Assembly (NCBI GenBank): GCA_963806855.1
Contig: CAWDYW010000003.1
Location: 416,001-480,000 of the forward strand
Origin: an uncultured Verrucomicrobiae bacterium
GTDB lineage: Bacteria; Chlamydiota; Chlamydiia; Chlamydiales; Rhabdochlamydiaceae
DNA: 64,000 nt
Reading direction: 5' to 3'
The notes below the pieces were generated by a model. The model did no database searches. It saw only the letters and a program-made list of their open reading frames with translations, and was not told where the DNA came from. Shown piece by piece: positions 29,927 through 40,553 of this stretch (positions are counted from its first letter, which is position 1; the number at the start of each line of letters is the position of its first letter). Position numbers and translations under genes: made by a program.

Positions 29927-31353
29927 TGCGGTTAAAAAAGTTGATCCAACAGATTGCAGATATTGAAGTCAGGGGCTCGAAAGAGATCGAAATTACCGGA
30001 CTTTGTGCCAATTCGAAGTTGGTGGCGCCTGGCAACCTATTTATCGCAAAAAAGGGGGCTAAAGTCGATGGAACAAAATTTATTCCAGACGCATTAGCAG
30101 CAGGCGCCGTCGCTGTTTTGACCGACATGTATGATCCCTTTTTAGAAGTCGTTCAACTGATCCATCCCGACGTGGCCAAAATCGAGGCAAAGCTCGCAGC
30201 TGCCTATTACGGGCACCCCTCTTCCTCATTGAAAATGATCGGGATTACCGGGACAAACGGCAAGACCACATCGAGTTTTTTGATTAAACATCTATTCGAT
30301 CATGCGCAAATGATGACCGGTGTCATCGGAACCATCGAATGGGTGATCGGCGACTGCCATTTCCCCGCGACGATGACCACCCCCGATGTTCTCACCAACC
30401 ACAAATTGCTAAGAGAAATGGTCGCAGCAGGGTGCAAGGCTGCTGTGATGGAAGTCACATCGCACGCTTTATCCCAAAATCGGGCAGGGGAAATCGATTT
30501 TGACATCGCTCTTTTCACCAATTTGACTCAGGATCATCTCGATTATCATGGCGACATGGAAAGCTACGCCAGGGCCAAAGAGAAGCTCTTTTTGGCCCTC
30601 TCCAACGATAAATGGGCCATTTTCAACGCTGACGACTCCGCCTGCTTTAGAACTGACGCCAAGGTGATCCAGTATGGCATTGAAAAGCCGGCTGATTTAA
30701 TGGCAAAAGATCTCAAGCTCACCGACAAGGGAATCCAGTTTACCGCCTGTTTCAAAGGTCAAGAGGTAGAGTGCAAATCGCAACTCATCGGAAAATTCAA
30801 TGTCTATAATCTCCTCGGTGCAATTGGCGTAGGGCTTTGTGCAGGACTTAACTTGGAACAATGTGCCGAGATCTTAAAAACCTTCAAAGGGGTGAGGGGG
30901 AGGCTGGAGCGGGTCAAAAATCGACTCGGCCTCAATATCTTGGTCGATTTTGCCCATACCGACGATGCCTTAAAGCGTGTGCTGGAGACCCTTCAGCCGA
31001 TTAAAAAAGGGAAGCTGATCACCGTTTTTGGCTGCGGAGGAGATAGAGACAAACAGAAGCGGGCGAAAATGGGAAGAGTCGTCTGTCAGTTTTCTGATCG
31101 AGCGATCGTCACCAGCGACAACCCCCGCAGCGAAGATCCTGAGGCCATCATCCAGCAAGTTCTCCAAGGGTTCGACCCCCATTATCCAGTAATCACCGAA
31201 GTTGACCGGCAGAAAGCCATCCAAAAAGCAATTGAGCAAATGAATAAAGATGACATTTTGCTCATCGCTGGTAAAGGGCATGAGAAAGAGCAAATTTTCG
31301 CCCACAAAGTGATCCCCTTTGACGATGTTGAGGTGGCGAGACAATGTTGCTAA
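29914..31353 (+). CDS. murE: UDP-MurNAc-tripeptide synthetase
   Basis: GITGTNGKTT, NLTQDHLDYH, DNPR, AGKGHE. Confidence 0.96.
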   Translation: MEPLMRLKKLIQQIADIEVRGSKEIEITGLCANSKLVAPGNLFIAKKGAKVDGTKFIPDALAAGAVAVLTDMYDPFLEVVQLIHPDVAKIEAKLAAAYYGHPSSSLKMIGITGTNGKTTSSFLIKHLFDHAQMMTGVIGTIEWVIGDCHFPATMTTPDVLTNHKLLREMVAAGCKAAVMEVTSHALSQNRAGEIDFDIALFTNLTQDHLDYHGDMESYARAKEKLFLALSNDKWAIFNADDSACFRTDAKVIQYGIEKPADLMAKDLKLTDKGIQFTACFKGQEVECKSQLIGKFNVYNLLGAIGVGLCAGLNLEQCAEILKTFKGVRGRLERVKNRLGLNILVDFAHTDDALKRVLETLQPIKKGKLITVFGCGGDRDKQKRAKMGRVVCQFSDRAIVTSDNPRSEDPEAIIQQVLQGFDPHYPVITEVDRQKAIQKAIEQMNKDDILLIAGKGHEKEQIFAHKVIPFDDVEVARQCC

Positions 31354-31952
31354 GATTGTTTCTTCTGCTCCTCCCACTGCTGGCCTTTGCGAGCGAAAAG
31401 CCGACCATCATCCTCGACCCTGGGCATGGGGGCAAAGATGAAGGGGCTCGAGTCCTAAGCTGTATAGAAAAACAACTCACCCTGCGCACCTCCTATTTGG
31501 CGAAAAAGCACCTCGAAGCGCTCGGTTATAAAGTGGTCATGACCCGCGCCCGCGATCACTTTTTGGCCCTCGGCACCCGAGTCGTGCGAGCCAATAAGCG
31601 ACCCCATTCGATCTTCGTCAGCGTTCACTACAACTCTGCCTCGAGTCCCGCAGCGAAGGGGATAGAGGTCTACTACTACGGCAAAGGATTGCAGTCACGC
31701 CGCACCTATTCCAGAGAGCTGGCCTCAATCGTGCTCGATCAGGTGGTCAAAGAGACGAGTGGAACTTCGCGAGGGACCAAAGCGGGTAATTTTCAGGTGA
31801 TCCGCGAAACCGTGATGCCGGCGATCCTTGTCGAGGCCGGTTTCATCACCAACAAAGATGAGCGGGCCCTGCTGGGAACACATGCCTATCTCGATAAATT
31901 AGCGAAGGGGATTGCTTTTGGTGTCGATAAATATGTAAAATCCAAAACTTAA
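31344..31952 (+). CDS. amiA: N-acetylmuramoyl-L-alanine amidase
   Basis: LDPGHGG, SVHYN, LVEAGF. Confidence 0.93.
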   Translation: MLLRLFLLLLPLLAFASEKPTIILDPGHGGKDEGARVLSCIEKQLTLRTSYLAKKHLEALGYKVVMTRARDHFLALGTRVVRANKRPHSIFVSVHYNSASSPAAKGIEVYYYGKGLQSRRTYSRELASIVLDQVVKETSGTSRGTKAGNFQVIRETVMPAILVEAGFITNKDERALLGTHAYLDKLAKGIAFGVDKYVKSKT

Positions 31953-31957
31953 GAAAA

Positions 31958-32034
31958 TGGCATCCCCGGCGCGAATTGAACGCGCGACCTACAGCTTAGG
32001 AGGCTATCGCTCTATCCAACTGAGCTACGGGGAC
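31958..32034 (-). tRNA. tRNA-Arg (CCT)
   Basis: Reverse complement GTCCCCGTAGCTCAGTTGGATAGAGC..CTCCTAA..GTTCAATTC..GGGGATGCCA; cloverleaf with encoded CCA. Confidence 0.96.
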
Positions 32035-32075
32035 ACATAAGGAAACAATTGTAAAGCTCTCAGGGAGATTAGTCA

Positions 32076-33590
32076 ATGAAAGAACAGGTGGCAGATATAG
32101 GCCTCATCGGACTCGCGGTCATGGGCCAAAATTTAGTTTTAAACATGAACGACCATGGGTTTAAAGTCGCGGTCTTCAACCGAACCGTCTCCAAAGTGGA
32201 TGATTTTTTGGCAGGGCCTGCCAAAAATAGCAATGTGGTGGGAGCCCACTCCCTCGAAGAGTTTTTCAAATTGCTCAAACGTCCCTGCAAAGTGATGTTC
32301 ATGGTGAAAGCAGGTTCTCCTGTCGATGATCTGATCGACGAATGCCTCCCATTCCTCTCCAAAGGGGATATCGTCATCGACGGTGGGAATAGCCACTATC
32401 CTGATACTGAACGGCGCGTCAAAATGCTAGCAGACAAAGGGATCCTCTTTGTCGGAACCGGCATTTCCGGAGGAGAAGAGGGAGCTCGCCATGGTCCGTC
32501 GATCATGCCCGGCGGAAACGAGCAGGCATGGCCGCACATCAAGCCGATCTTTCAAGCGATCAGCGCCAAAGCCGAAGAGGATGGACTTCCTTGCTGCGAT
32601 TGGGTTGGCAGCGGCGGCTCGGGTCACTATGTGAAAATGGTCCACAACGGGATTGAATATGGGGACATGCAGCTGATCTGCGAAGCCTTCCAACTACTGA
32701 CAAACGTGACAAAATGCACCTATCCCGAGCTCCAGGAGATCTTTTCCGATTGGAATAAAGGGCAGCTCCACAGCTACCTCATCGAAATCACCAGCGAGAT
32801 CTTGGGCCACAAAGAGAAAGATGGGGCCTTCACCCTCGATAAGATCCTCGACGTCGCCGGGCAAAAAGGGAAAGAAGAGACCTTCACCCTTGATAAGATC
32901 CTCGACGTCGCTGGGCAAAAAGGGACCGGGAAATGGACCGGCATCAGCGCCCTCGATCTCGGCCTCCCTGTCACTATCATCGCCGAAGCAGTCTTTGCAA
33001 GGTGCCTCTCTGCACTCAAAGAAGAGCGAATGAAAATGTCCAAACTCTATGCTGGGCCCAAAATCCAATTCAGCGGCGACAAAAAGCAATTCATCGAAGA
33101 TGTGCGGCAAGCGCTCTACGCCTCGAAAATCATCAGCTACGCTCAAGGGTTCATGCTCATGCGGGCCGCAGCGAAGGAGTTCAATTGGAACCTCCACTTC
33201 GGCTCGATTGCCCTGATGTGGCGGGCAGGTTGCATCATCCGCAACCGCTTCCTCAACGACATCAAAAAAGCCTATGACAAAGATCCCGAGCTCGACAACT
33301 TGCTCTTCGACGACTTCTTCGTAAAAGAGATCACCGGCGCCGAAAAGCGCTGGCGTCGCACTGTCGCAACCGCCATCGAAGAGGGGATCCCCGCTCCCTG
33401 CTTTAGCACCGCGCTAGCCTTCTTTGATGGCTACCGGACAGAGCGGCTCCCGGCGAATTTGCTGCAAGCCCAACGAGACTTCTTCGGCGCCCACACCTAT
33501 GAGCGGGTCGATCAGCCTCGTGGAACATTTTTCCACACCAATTGGACAGGGACAGGGGGCTCAGTCACATCCAGCTCTTATAACGTATGA
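32076..33590 (+). CDS. gnd: 6-phosphogluconate dehydrogenase (NADP), with internal 18-aa duplication
   Basis: GLAVMG, KMVHNGIEY, GQKGTGKW, QAQRDFFGAH. Confidence 0.97.
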   Translation: MKEQVADIGLIGLAVMGQNLVLNMNDHGFKVAVFNRTVSKVDDFLAGPAKNSNVVGAHSLEEFFKLLKRPCKVMFMVKAGSPVDDLIDECLPFLSKGDIVIDGGNSHYPDTERRVKMLADKGILFVGTGISGGEEGARHGPSIMPGGNEQAWPHIKPIFQAISAKAEEDGLPCCDWVGSGGSGHYVKMVHNGIEYGDMQLICEAFQLLTNVTKCTYPELQEIFSDWNKGQLHSYLIEITSEILGHKEKDGAFTLDKILDVAGQKGKEETFTLDKILDVAGQKGTGKWTGISALDLGLPVTIIAEAVFARCLSALKEERMKMSKLYAGPKIQFSGDKKQFIEDVRQALYASKIISYAQGFMLMRAAAKEFNWNLHFGSIALMWRAGCIIRNRFLNDIKKAYDKDPELDNLLFDDFFVKEITGAEKRWRRTVATAIEEGIPAPCFSTALAFFDGYRTERLPANLLQAQRDFFGAHTYERVDQPRGTFFHTNWTGTGGSVTSSSYNV

Positions 33591-34303
33591 AGATAAAGAA
33601 AATTGCTTCAGCTGAGCGAGGGCTTACCCAAAACGATTGGTTGATCAGTCGTCATACTTTCGCTTTCGGCCAGTACTTCAATTTAGAGCGGCTCAATTTC
33701 GGCACCCTGCGCGTCTTCAACGACGATTTCATCAAACCTGGCCACGGATTTGGGATGCATCCCCATGACAACATGGAGATCATCACCATCGTCCTCGAAG
33801 GGACCCTCGAGCACAAAGACAGCGTCGGCAACCACGGCCTGATCAAACCCCACGATGTGCAGCGGATGACAGCCGGCAAAGGGATCAAGCACTCCGAGGT
33901 GAATCCCTCGAAAGAGGAGAAAGTCCATCTGCTCCAAATCTGGGTCTATCCCGATCGGCGCGATCTCGAGCCCGGCTATGAGCAAAAAACCTTCAACCCC
34001 GAAAGCTTTAAAAACGTTCTGTACCCCATCGTCGGCCCCGAGCAGGGCCAACCCTCAATCTTCATCCACCAAGATGCGAAATTCTTCCTCGGCTACCTCG
34101 ACGAAGGGATAACCCTACAGCACACCCCCCGCACCTCAAAGCATGGCGATCACCTCTTCGTCATCGAAGGCAAAGTGGAAGTGGGCGGCCAAACCTTAAA
34201 AGCCGGCGACTCTGCCCAAATCACCGGTGGGGAAGTGGTGGAGTTGAAAGCCCTCGAGGCCTCAAAAGTGCTTTTGATCGAAGTCAATGTGAATACACTT
34301 TAA
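33587..34303 (+). CDS. Pirin-family protein (YhhW-like)
   Basis: GFGMHPHDNMEI, MTAGKGIKHSE, LQIW. Confidence 0.92.
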   Translation: MKIKKIASAERGLTQNDWLISRHTFAFGQYFNLERLNFGTLRVFNDDFIKPGHGFGMHPHDNMEIITIVLEGTLEHKDSVGNHGLIKPHDVQRMTAGKGIKHSEVNPSKEEKVHLLQIWVYPDRRDLEPGYEQKTFNPESFKNVLYPIVGPEQGQPSIFIHQDAKFFLGYLDEGITLQHTPRTSKHGDHLFVIEGKVEVGGQTLKAGDSAQITGGEVVELKALEASKVLLIEVNVNTL

Positions 34304-34331
34304 TCTGGAATTAAGGAAATAAATACTTTTC

Positions 34332-34748
34332 TTAGTCGCCTCGGACTTTAATAACAAATTCAATGGTCGATTCTTTTAAGATGTTATAATCTGCGAATTT
34401 GCTATCAAACTCTAATTGGTGTCCATGGAATAGCAATCTGATGTCTCTTTCTGCCCAACCCTTCTTAACTAATTCATTGACCAGAACTTTAATCCTATCC
34501 TTTTGGAAGACTTCAAAGGACAGTTTCATTCCCGAAAGTCCTTTTACAAAAATAGTCATGTGTTCTCCTCGATCAAATAGCGATTGCGCTCCTTCTACAC
34601 AACGACAACAAAGATTTATAAAAAAGATAGTGGCGATTGAAGCTACTATGCCCCCAACAATAACAATCTGTGGTTTATTTACACTAATCGATTCTGGAAT
34701 AGAAGCCCATAGGGAGCTTAAGAAAGTGGAATTTGTAATTTTTTTCAT
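34332..34748 (-). CDS. Membrane-anchored ubiquitin-like protein
   Basis: TM helix then MTIFVKGLSG..RLLFHGHQLE..ADYNILKESTI..VRGD. Confidence 0.82.
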   Translation of the reverse strand: MKKITNSTFLSSLWASIPESISVNKPQIVIVGGIVASIATIFFINLCCRCVEGAQSLFDRGEHMTIFVKGLSGMKLSFEVFQKDRIKVLVNELVKKGWAERDIRLLFHGHQLEFDSKFADYNILKESTIEFVIKVRGD

Positions 34749-34825
34749 AATATTTTATCTCCTCAATTGAGAGGGACAATAAAACTAAAAGAGAATGAAT
34801 CCACGCAAGGGAATATGCAAATGCT

Positions 34826-35950
34826 TTAGCTTTGGGCTTGAGAGGGTACTTTTTGATAGTGGATCATGACAGCTTGTTCTATCATTTTTGTGGCCTTATC
34901 TAAGGAAATTGGTTGGGCACTTGAATCACTCATTTTCCACCAGCTTCCAGCTTTGTATACATAAGCAACATAGTGGCCATAGTTTACTGAATCGCCTTCA
35001 TGACAGATAAAACCATCAGGATAATAAAGAGTATCTTTTCCAATATGATCTCCATTAAGCGAAACTTCCATGGCTCCCTTTATTTCCATCTTTTTTTTCG
35101 CTTGATCATCACCTCCACGATGTACTGCAATGCAAAAATCATCAGGGATTCTATCTAGATCACGGATTGTTTTCCTCAGTTCACCAGAAGAGAGATTCTC
35201 TGAAGTATAAAAATGTTGATCTAGCCCTTCAGATAATGTAGGCACAATTTCAGTCTCTGGGAAAGCAAAATTCAAATAATAGCACGCTGATGACGTGGAG
35301 AGATTTGTTTTTTGAGCTTTATTGACGAGGACCGAATTTTCAATTTCTTTAGCGACGAAATAGCCTGATTTTTTGAGCACTGGAAGAAGAAAATAAAATG
35401 GGTCATCATGAACTGAAGGAGATGGGTCAATAGAAGGATCATTCTTACTTAACCATTCTCTTAGAATCTGAGAATCAACCTTTTCACCATTTGTATAGAT
35501 CTCAAATGCAGAGTAAAGCTCAGATAGTTCTGATTCTTTGCTTAAATTCTCCATCACTTTTCTAAAAGCTGGGACATTGAAAAAAAGCTGCAATGAAGCA
35601 TTAATCCAGCAATTACCACCTCTTGGGTTAGCAATGCCGATAGGGGGCGTGTCATCGAGGCTTTGCGCTTTCACTAGTTCTGGCGCTTTAACTTCCATCT
35701 TTGGTTCAGTGGAATTGAGCAATAGGACACCGAGAGCGATGGGGGTGATCGGGGAGGCGGCGGCGATCATTGGATTGAAGGCGAAGGCGAGGTAGATTGA
35801 GGAGCAGGCGAGGGCGAGCCCAATTCCGATGAGCATATAGCTGAGGACCACTTTGGCATAAACTTTCCAATCGGTGCTGGAAAGCTCTTGGCCTTGGGGC
35901 GCTGCCATCGCAGAAACTTGAGTAGCTGATGTGACTGGACCTAGTTCCAT
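34826..35950 (-). CDS. USP (C19) deubiquitinase with bilobed hydrophobic N-terminal (Inc-like) anchor
   Basis: Cys box GIAN..NCWINASLQ; His box HEG..GHYVAYV..WWKMSDS. Confidence 0.85.
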   Translation of the reverse strand: MELGPVTSATQVSAMAAPQGQELSSTDWKVYAKVVLSYMLIGIGLALACSSIYLAFAFNPMIAAASPITPIALGVLLLNSTEPKMEVKAPELVKAQSLDDTPPIGIANPRGGNCWINASLQLFFNVPAFRKVMENLSKESELSELYSAFEIYTNGEKVDSQILREWLSKNDPSIDPSPSVHDDPFYFLLPVLKKSGYFVAKEIENSVLVNKAQKTNLSTSSACYYLNFAFPETEIVPTLSEGLDQHFYTSENLSSGELRKTIRDLDRIPDDFCIAVHRGGDDQAKKKMEIKGAMEVSLNGDHIGKDTLYYPDGFICHEGDSVNYGHYVAYVYKAGSWWKMSDSSAQPISLDKATKMIEQAVMIHYQKVPSQAQS

Positions 35951-36044
35951 ACCATTTGCCTACTTTGCTTTTGAAAAATTCTATCACAAAAAAGATTATT
36001 TGTGTCCTTGAAAACATCCTTCGGATGCAGTATTCTCGGAGTCT

Positions 36045-37850
36045 ATGCACGAATACAATCGTAAGAACATCAGAAATTTTTCTATTATCGCCCATATTGA
36101 CCACGGTAAGTCTACTATCGCCGACCGGCTGCTCGAGCTGACTCGGACCCTTTCGTCGAGGGAAATGGTCGAGCAGGTGCTCGATGATATGGACCTGGAA
36201 CGGGAGCGGGGCATTACGATTAAGGCCCACCCGGTGACGATGTGGTATAACGCCGAAGATGGGGAAGAGTATCAAATTAATTTTATCGATACTCCCGGGC
36301 ACGTCGATTTTTCTTATGAGGTTTCACGGTCGCTGGCTGCTTGCGAAGGGGCGTTGCTCGTGGTCGATGCGGTCCAGGGGGTGCAGGCGCAGAGCTTGGC
36401 CAACGTCCACTTGGCGCTCGAAAGGGGGCTGACGATTGTGCCGGTCATCAATAAGGTCGATCTACCGGCCGCCGATCCTGAAGGGGTGAAGCAGCAAATC
36501 GAGGATGTGATCGGCATCGATACCACCAATAGCGTATTGGCGTCGGCTAAGACCGGGAAGGGGATTAAAGAGGTACTCGAGCACATTCTGCATGAGGTGC
36601 CGGCACCGGACGAGCCTAAAGATGACATTTTACGGGCGCTGGTCTTTGACTCCCACTATGATCCCTATCGAGGGGTAATGGTCTATATCCGGGTCATGAG
36701 CGGCGAGGTTACGAAGAAGAGCCAAGTTTATTTTATGGCTTCGGACAAAACGTTTGAAGTGCTCGAGGTGGGGGTTTTTTCTCCCAATGAGAAGCCTGTT
36801 GATAGTCTCCGCCCTGGCGAGGTGGGCTATATCGCCTGCAACATCAAGAATACGAGCGATGTCAAGGTTGGAGAGACCGTTACCCTTAAAAAATATCCTG
36901 CAGCTGAGCCTCTGCCGGGCTTTAGGCTGATCTCCCCAGTGGTTTTCGCCGGGATATATCCGGTGGATAGCTCGGATTTCGAGGCAGTGCGGGATGCATT
37001 GGCTAAACTACAACTCAACGATTCGGCCCTCTATGTCGAGCAGGAGAGCAGCTTGGCCCTGGGCTTTGGCTTCCGCTGCGGCTTTTTGGGGCTATTGCAT
37101 TTAGAAATTGTTTTTGAGCGGCTGCAGAGGGAATTTGACCTCGATATCATCACCACCGCTCCGAGCGTGGTCTATAAGTTTACTCTGACATCGGGCGAAG
37201 AGAAGAAGATTGATAACGTGGCCCAATATCCTGATCCTGTTTTGATCGATTTCGTCGAGGAGCCTTGGGTGAAGTGTCGCATCATGGCCCCATCTGAGTA
37301 TTTGGGTGCGATCATGAGTCTTGGGATGGAGAAGCGGGGAGAGCAGCTCAATACCGAGACGATGGATGCGAGGCGTCTGTTGATGACCTATCGTTTGCCG
37401 CTCAACGAAATTATAACCGATTTTAACGACAAGCTCAAATCGGCCACCCGCGGATATGGCTCGTTTGATTATGAATTTGAAAAGTATGACATTTCGGATA
37501 TCGTCAAGCTCGAAATCCGGGTCAACGAGGAGCCTGTCGATGCTTTCTCATGTCTGGTGCACCGCAGTAAGGCCGAAGGCAAAGGGCGGGCGCTCTGCAA
37601 GAAATTAGTTGAGGTAATCCCTCGTCAACAGTTCAAAGTCCCTGTTCAGGCAGCGATCGGCGGAAAAGTCATTGCCCGCGAAACGATCGGCGCTCTGTCT
37701 AAAAACGTCACGGCCAAGTGCTATGGCGGCGATATTTCCCGTAAGCGCAAGCTTTGGGAAAAGCAGAAGAAGGGTAAGAAGAAGATGAAAGAGATCGGGA
37801 AGGTCAATATCCCGCAGTCCGCTTTCATGGATGTCCTCAAAGCAGAATAG
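36045..37850 (+). CDS. lepA: Elongation factor 4
   Basis: [30 protein letters not shown]. Confidence 0.98.
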   Translation: MHEYNRKNIRNFSIIAHIDHGKSTIADRLLELTRTLSSREMVEQVLDDMDLERERGITIKAHPVTMWYNAEDGEEYQINFIDTPGHVDFSYEVSRSLAACEGALLVVDAVQGVQAQSLANVHLALERGLTIVPVINKVDLPAADPEGVKQQIEDVIGIDTTNSVLASAKTGKGIKEVLEHILHEVPAPDEPKDDILRALVFDSHYDPYRGVMVYIRVMSGEVTKKSQVYFMASDKTFEVLEVGVFSPNEKPVDSLRPGEVGYIACNIKNTSDVKVGETVTLKKYPAAEPLPGFRLISPVVFAGIYPVDSSDFEAVRDALAKLQLNDSALYVEQESSLALGFGFRCGFLGLLHLEIVFERLQREFDLDIITTAPSVVYKFTLTSGEEKKIDNVAQYPDPVLIDFVEEPWVKCRIMAPSEYLGAIMSLGMEKRGEQLNTETMDARRLLMTYRLPLNEIITDFNDKLKSATRGYGSFDYEFEKYDISDIVKLEIRVNEEPVDAFSCLVHRSKAEGKGRALCKKLVEVIPRQQFKVPVQAAIGGKVIARETIGALSKNVTAKCYGGDISRKRKLWEKQKKGKKKMKEIGKVNIPQSAFMDVLKAE

Positions 37851-37882
37851 AGATCACTGATTCATTAGACCTCTTGCATAAC

Positions 37883-39553
37883 TTAGGGTGTCTTTAAAAC
37901 GGAACGGGTATAGACCCTGATCTGTTCTAACTGATCTCGTTCCCATTCATTCCAGAGACCCAAGAGAGTTTCTTCAGGAATTTTGGCGGTATCCGAGCAG
38001 AAATTCTCCATCAGTTTTAGTAAAAAGGCATTTGTCCTCAAGGCCAGCTCAATTGTGGATATCAGACCCGCTCTCGCAGGCAACGATTTAATCCATTGGT
38101 CAAACTTTTCTGTTAGACATGGAAGGCGTTTGGAGAGAAGTTCCTTCATATCAAGGCTGTCTTGCACAATTTTGGGAATCATTCGCATTGGTATCATGTA
38201 CTGACCGGAAGACGCATCCGATGCTATTGCAGTTTCTGCAGCAGTTTTCAAGAGCCTTTCCCCAATCGTTGAAGAAATCGTTCCATCAAAAATCATAAGA
38301 AAAATCACCGATGGAGTCTGTAAAATATAGCGGAATTGTTCACCGATGCAGAGTTCATCAAAGGAACATGTCCGTTCATGGACTTTTTCTATACAGAGAT
38401 AAAGATCCTCAATTCGATGCTTCTTGATAAAAGCTCTCACCTCTTTAGGCCTTAATTCAACGTAAGGACAAAAAAGCTTAAAAGGCGGGTTAAATCCATA
38501 ATTCCAACAAATCTCCTCTCCTGCCTTGATATCACACGCTGCTGCAAAGAGATCGCGAGTCGATAGTCCTGCGACTCCTCGTCCCGGAACTAAGATCGCG
38601 TTAGGAAACCCATCGTTAATGCAAGGAACCTCATTTCGATACATAAGAGCATCGATGCCTGTTCCATCCGGATCTCCAAGCGTAAAGGAGTTTAATTTGA
38701 GAAAGCTTCTAAAGAACCCCTTATATTCACCAATCATGGCGCCTTTCTGATGATCACAACTTGAATAAAGACCCAGCCCCGGCGAAGAGACCAGTTTACG
38801 GTCTTGTGAATCATGCGTTACAGGTTTAAGCCAATGAATCGGCGGATTCTTACAAAAATCCCGATACCGTCTTACATATTCCTGCTCGCAGGGAAACTCG
38901 TATTCGGGCGCCTTGCTATCTTCCCACTCGCTCAGCATCATCATTGGGATCAGATGAGTCTCATGGACAAATACCGCGCCGGTCATTTGTTTAAATTCTC
39001 CATGGGTTAGCAGTGTTTTGCCATCCTTTCCCAAAAGAGGAATGGGAGTCGAATTATCTTTTTCTACGGGCTCCAAGCACCTCGCAACATCCCTAAAAGT
39101 CCCTCCCGTGAGAGATACGCAATTTTGGTCGGCTCCCGCTCCTACTAAAAGATCAATATGAGTGGCTCTCCCTAGCAGCGCCGCAAAATGCAGAGCCGTC
39201 CATCCCTTTGCATCCTGGGCATCCAGACCTGATTTTGCAGCACTTAGGGCTTTCAAAGCTTCATCATTACCGGTAATAACAGCCGCATGCAGAGCCGTCC
39301 ATTTATGTTCAGGACTAGGTTTAGCGCCTAATTTCTCTCCATGCAATTTGATCCCCAGAAGCATCACATATTCGATGCGGTGGATGATGGCATAACAAAG
39401 ATCATAGACTGAGACCTCGCCAAAATCATCATCGGAACCTAAGACATGATCGATGCCTCTATCTATATCTTGTGATAACCACTGATTTAGTAATAAACCG
39501 ACTTGAGCAACCATATAAGGATGCAGTTTCAACCAGAGATGGATATTTTTCAA
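37883..39553 (-). CDS. Ankyrin-repeat + SET-domain protein
   Basis: WTALHAA and GWTALHFAA ankyrin repeats; GLGLY..IGEYKG, INDGFPN, IKAGEEICWNYG. Confidence 0.85.
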   Translation of the reverse strand: MKNIHLWLKLHPYMVAQVGLLLNQWLSQDIDRGIDHVLGSDDDFGEVSVYDLCYAIIHRIEYVMLLGIKLHGEKLGAKPSPEHKWTALHAAVITGNDEALKALSAAKSGLDAQDAKGWTALHFAALLGRATHIDLLVGAGADQNCVSLTGGTFRDVARCLEPVEKDNSTPIPLLGKDGKTLLTHGEFKQMTGAVFVHETHLIPMMMLSEWEDSKAPEYEFPCEQEYVRRYRDFCKNPPIHWLKPVTHDSQDRKLVSSPGLGLYSSCDHQKGAMIGEYKGFFRSFLKLNSFTLGDPDGTGIDALMYRNEVPCINDGFPNAILVPGRGVAGLSTRDLFAAACDIKAGEEICWNYGFNPPFKLFCPYVELRPKEVRAFIKKHRIEDLYLCIEKVHERTCSFDELCIGEQFRYILQTPSVIFLMIFDGTISSTIGERLLKTAAETAIASDASSGQYMIPMRMIPKIVQDSLDMKELLSKRLPCLTEKFDQWIKSLPARAGLISTIELALRTNAFLLKLMENFCSDTAKIPEETLLGLWNEWERDQLEQIRVYTRSVLKTP

Positions 39554-39559
39554 TGGGAT

Positions 39560-39913
39560 CTATTTTTTTAGGGATGTTGCTTTTGCTTTTTTTATCCACA
39601 TAGGCAGCTGCTTGGGATCGTTCAGAATTTTTTCCGGAAGCATCATATAAGGCATAACTGCAGGCCTGTTTTTTCCTTCAAAGACCAAAGGCTCCGATTT
39701 ATACGTCTCAAAATCTTTTTTATTCGACGCATCGACGCGGAAATAAAGTTTTCCATATACGAGCGTTGCGAAAATGGTCTTCTCCCAATAGATGCCATAG
39801 CCGCCGAACATCGCCCGCGCGGTTATTGGGCCATGCGGAATGAGGCGCTCTAAAATGTATTCTAACCGTTTTTTGATTTCTTCTTTCATGGAGGTATCCC
39901 GATTTTTTGCCAA
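39560..39913 (-). CDS. TfoX/Sxy N-terminal domain protein
   Basis: RAMFGGYGIY..LYFRVD. Confidence 0.85.
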   Translation of the reverse strand: MAKNRDTSMKEEIKKRLEYILERLIPHGPITARAMFGGYGIYWEKTIFATLVYGKLYFRVDASNKKDFETYKSEPLVFEGKNRPAVMPYMMLPEKILNDPKQLPMWIKKAKATSLKK

Positions 39914-40113
39914 GCCAAAGCAATTTTACATTACTGATCAATATTCGGAGAACTTCTTTCTAGAAATCCTCGCTCAAGACTCTCTATGATGGGATCAAAT
40001 TCATCATCATTTCGGTGACTGAAATAAGTGAGCCTGCTAAAAAGGGAAGCTGAAAATTTTATCCTATAACGCCGTAAAACAAGGCCCTTTAGGGCCGTGA
40101 TGTAAGGCGCCGT

Positions 40114-40530
40114 TTAGTCTGGGGTATTCTGTTGTTCAATATACTGTCTAATGATCGATATTGGGGCTCCACCGCAAGAGCCTGCAAAATAACTTGGCGA
40201 CCATAGGGCATTTCCCCATAGATATTTTGTAATAGATGGGTAGTTCTTCTTGCGGATCATCCTCGAAGATACCCCTTTTAATGAGTTTACAAGTTTTGAG
40301 ACCGATACTTTAGGTGGATAGTTGATCAATAGATGAACATGGTCTTTTTCGCCATCAAATTCTATCAGAACAGCTTCAAAGTCAGAGCAGACACTCTCAA
40401 AGGTCTTCCTCAGATCAGATAGAATGGACTTAGTGAAGACACATCTTCTGTATTTTGTAACAAAGACCAAATGCACATGCAGAGCAAAAACACAGGATCT
40501 ACCTCTTCTCAAATCTGTTGACTTTAACAT
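40114..40530 (-). CDS. tnpA: Y1 HUH transposase
   Basis: HLVFVTKYRR, DHVHLL, LWSPSYF, IRQYIEQQ. Confidence 0.96.
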   Translation of the reverse strand: MLKSTDLRRGRSCVFALHVHLVFVTKYRRCVFTKSILSDLRKTFESVCSDFEAVLIEFDGEKDHVHLLINYPPKVSVSKLVNSLKGVSSRMIRKKNYPSITKYLWGNALWSPSYFAGSCGGAPISIIRQYIEQQNTPD

Positions 40531-40553
40531 GGGCCAAATTTAAAATTTAAACC

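Noticed and set aside
31958..32034. tRNA-Arg as an island integration site
   Set aside because: Flanked by core genes; no integrase or duplicated 3' end seen
40005..40056. Riboswitch in the displaced ADA leader (GUGACUG, GCUAAAAAGGG; ZTP- or SAM-II-like fragments)
   Set aside because: Required pseudoknot partners are not visible; an Rfam scan would be needed
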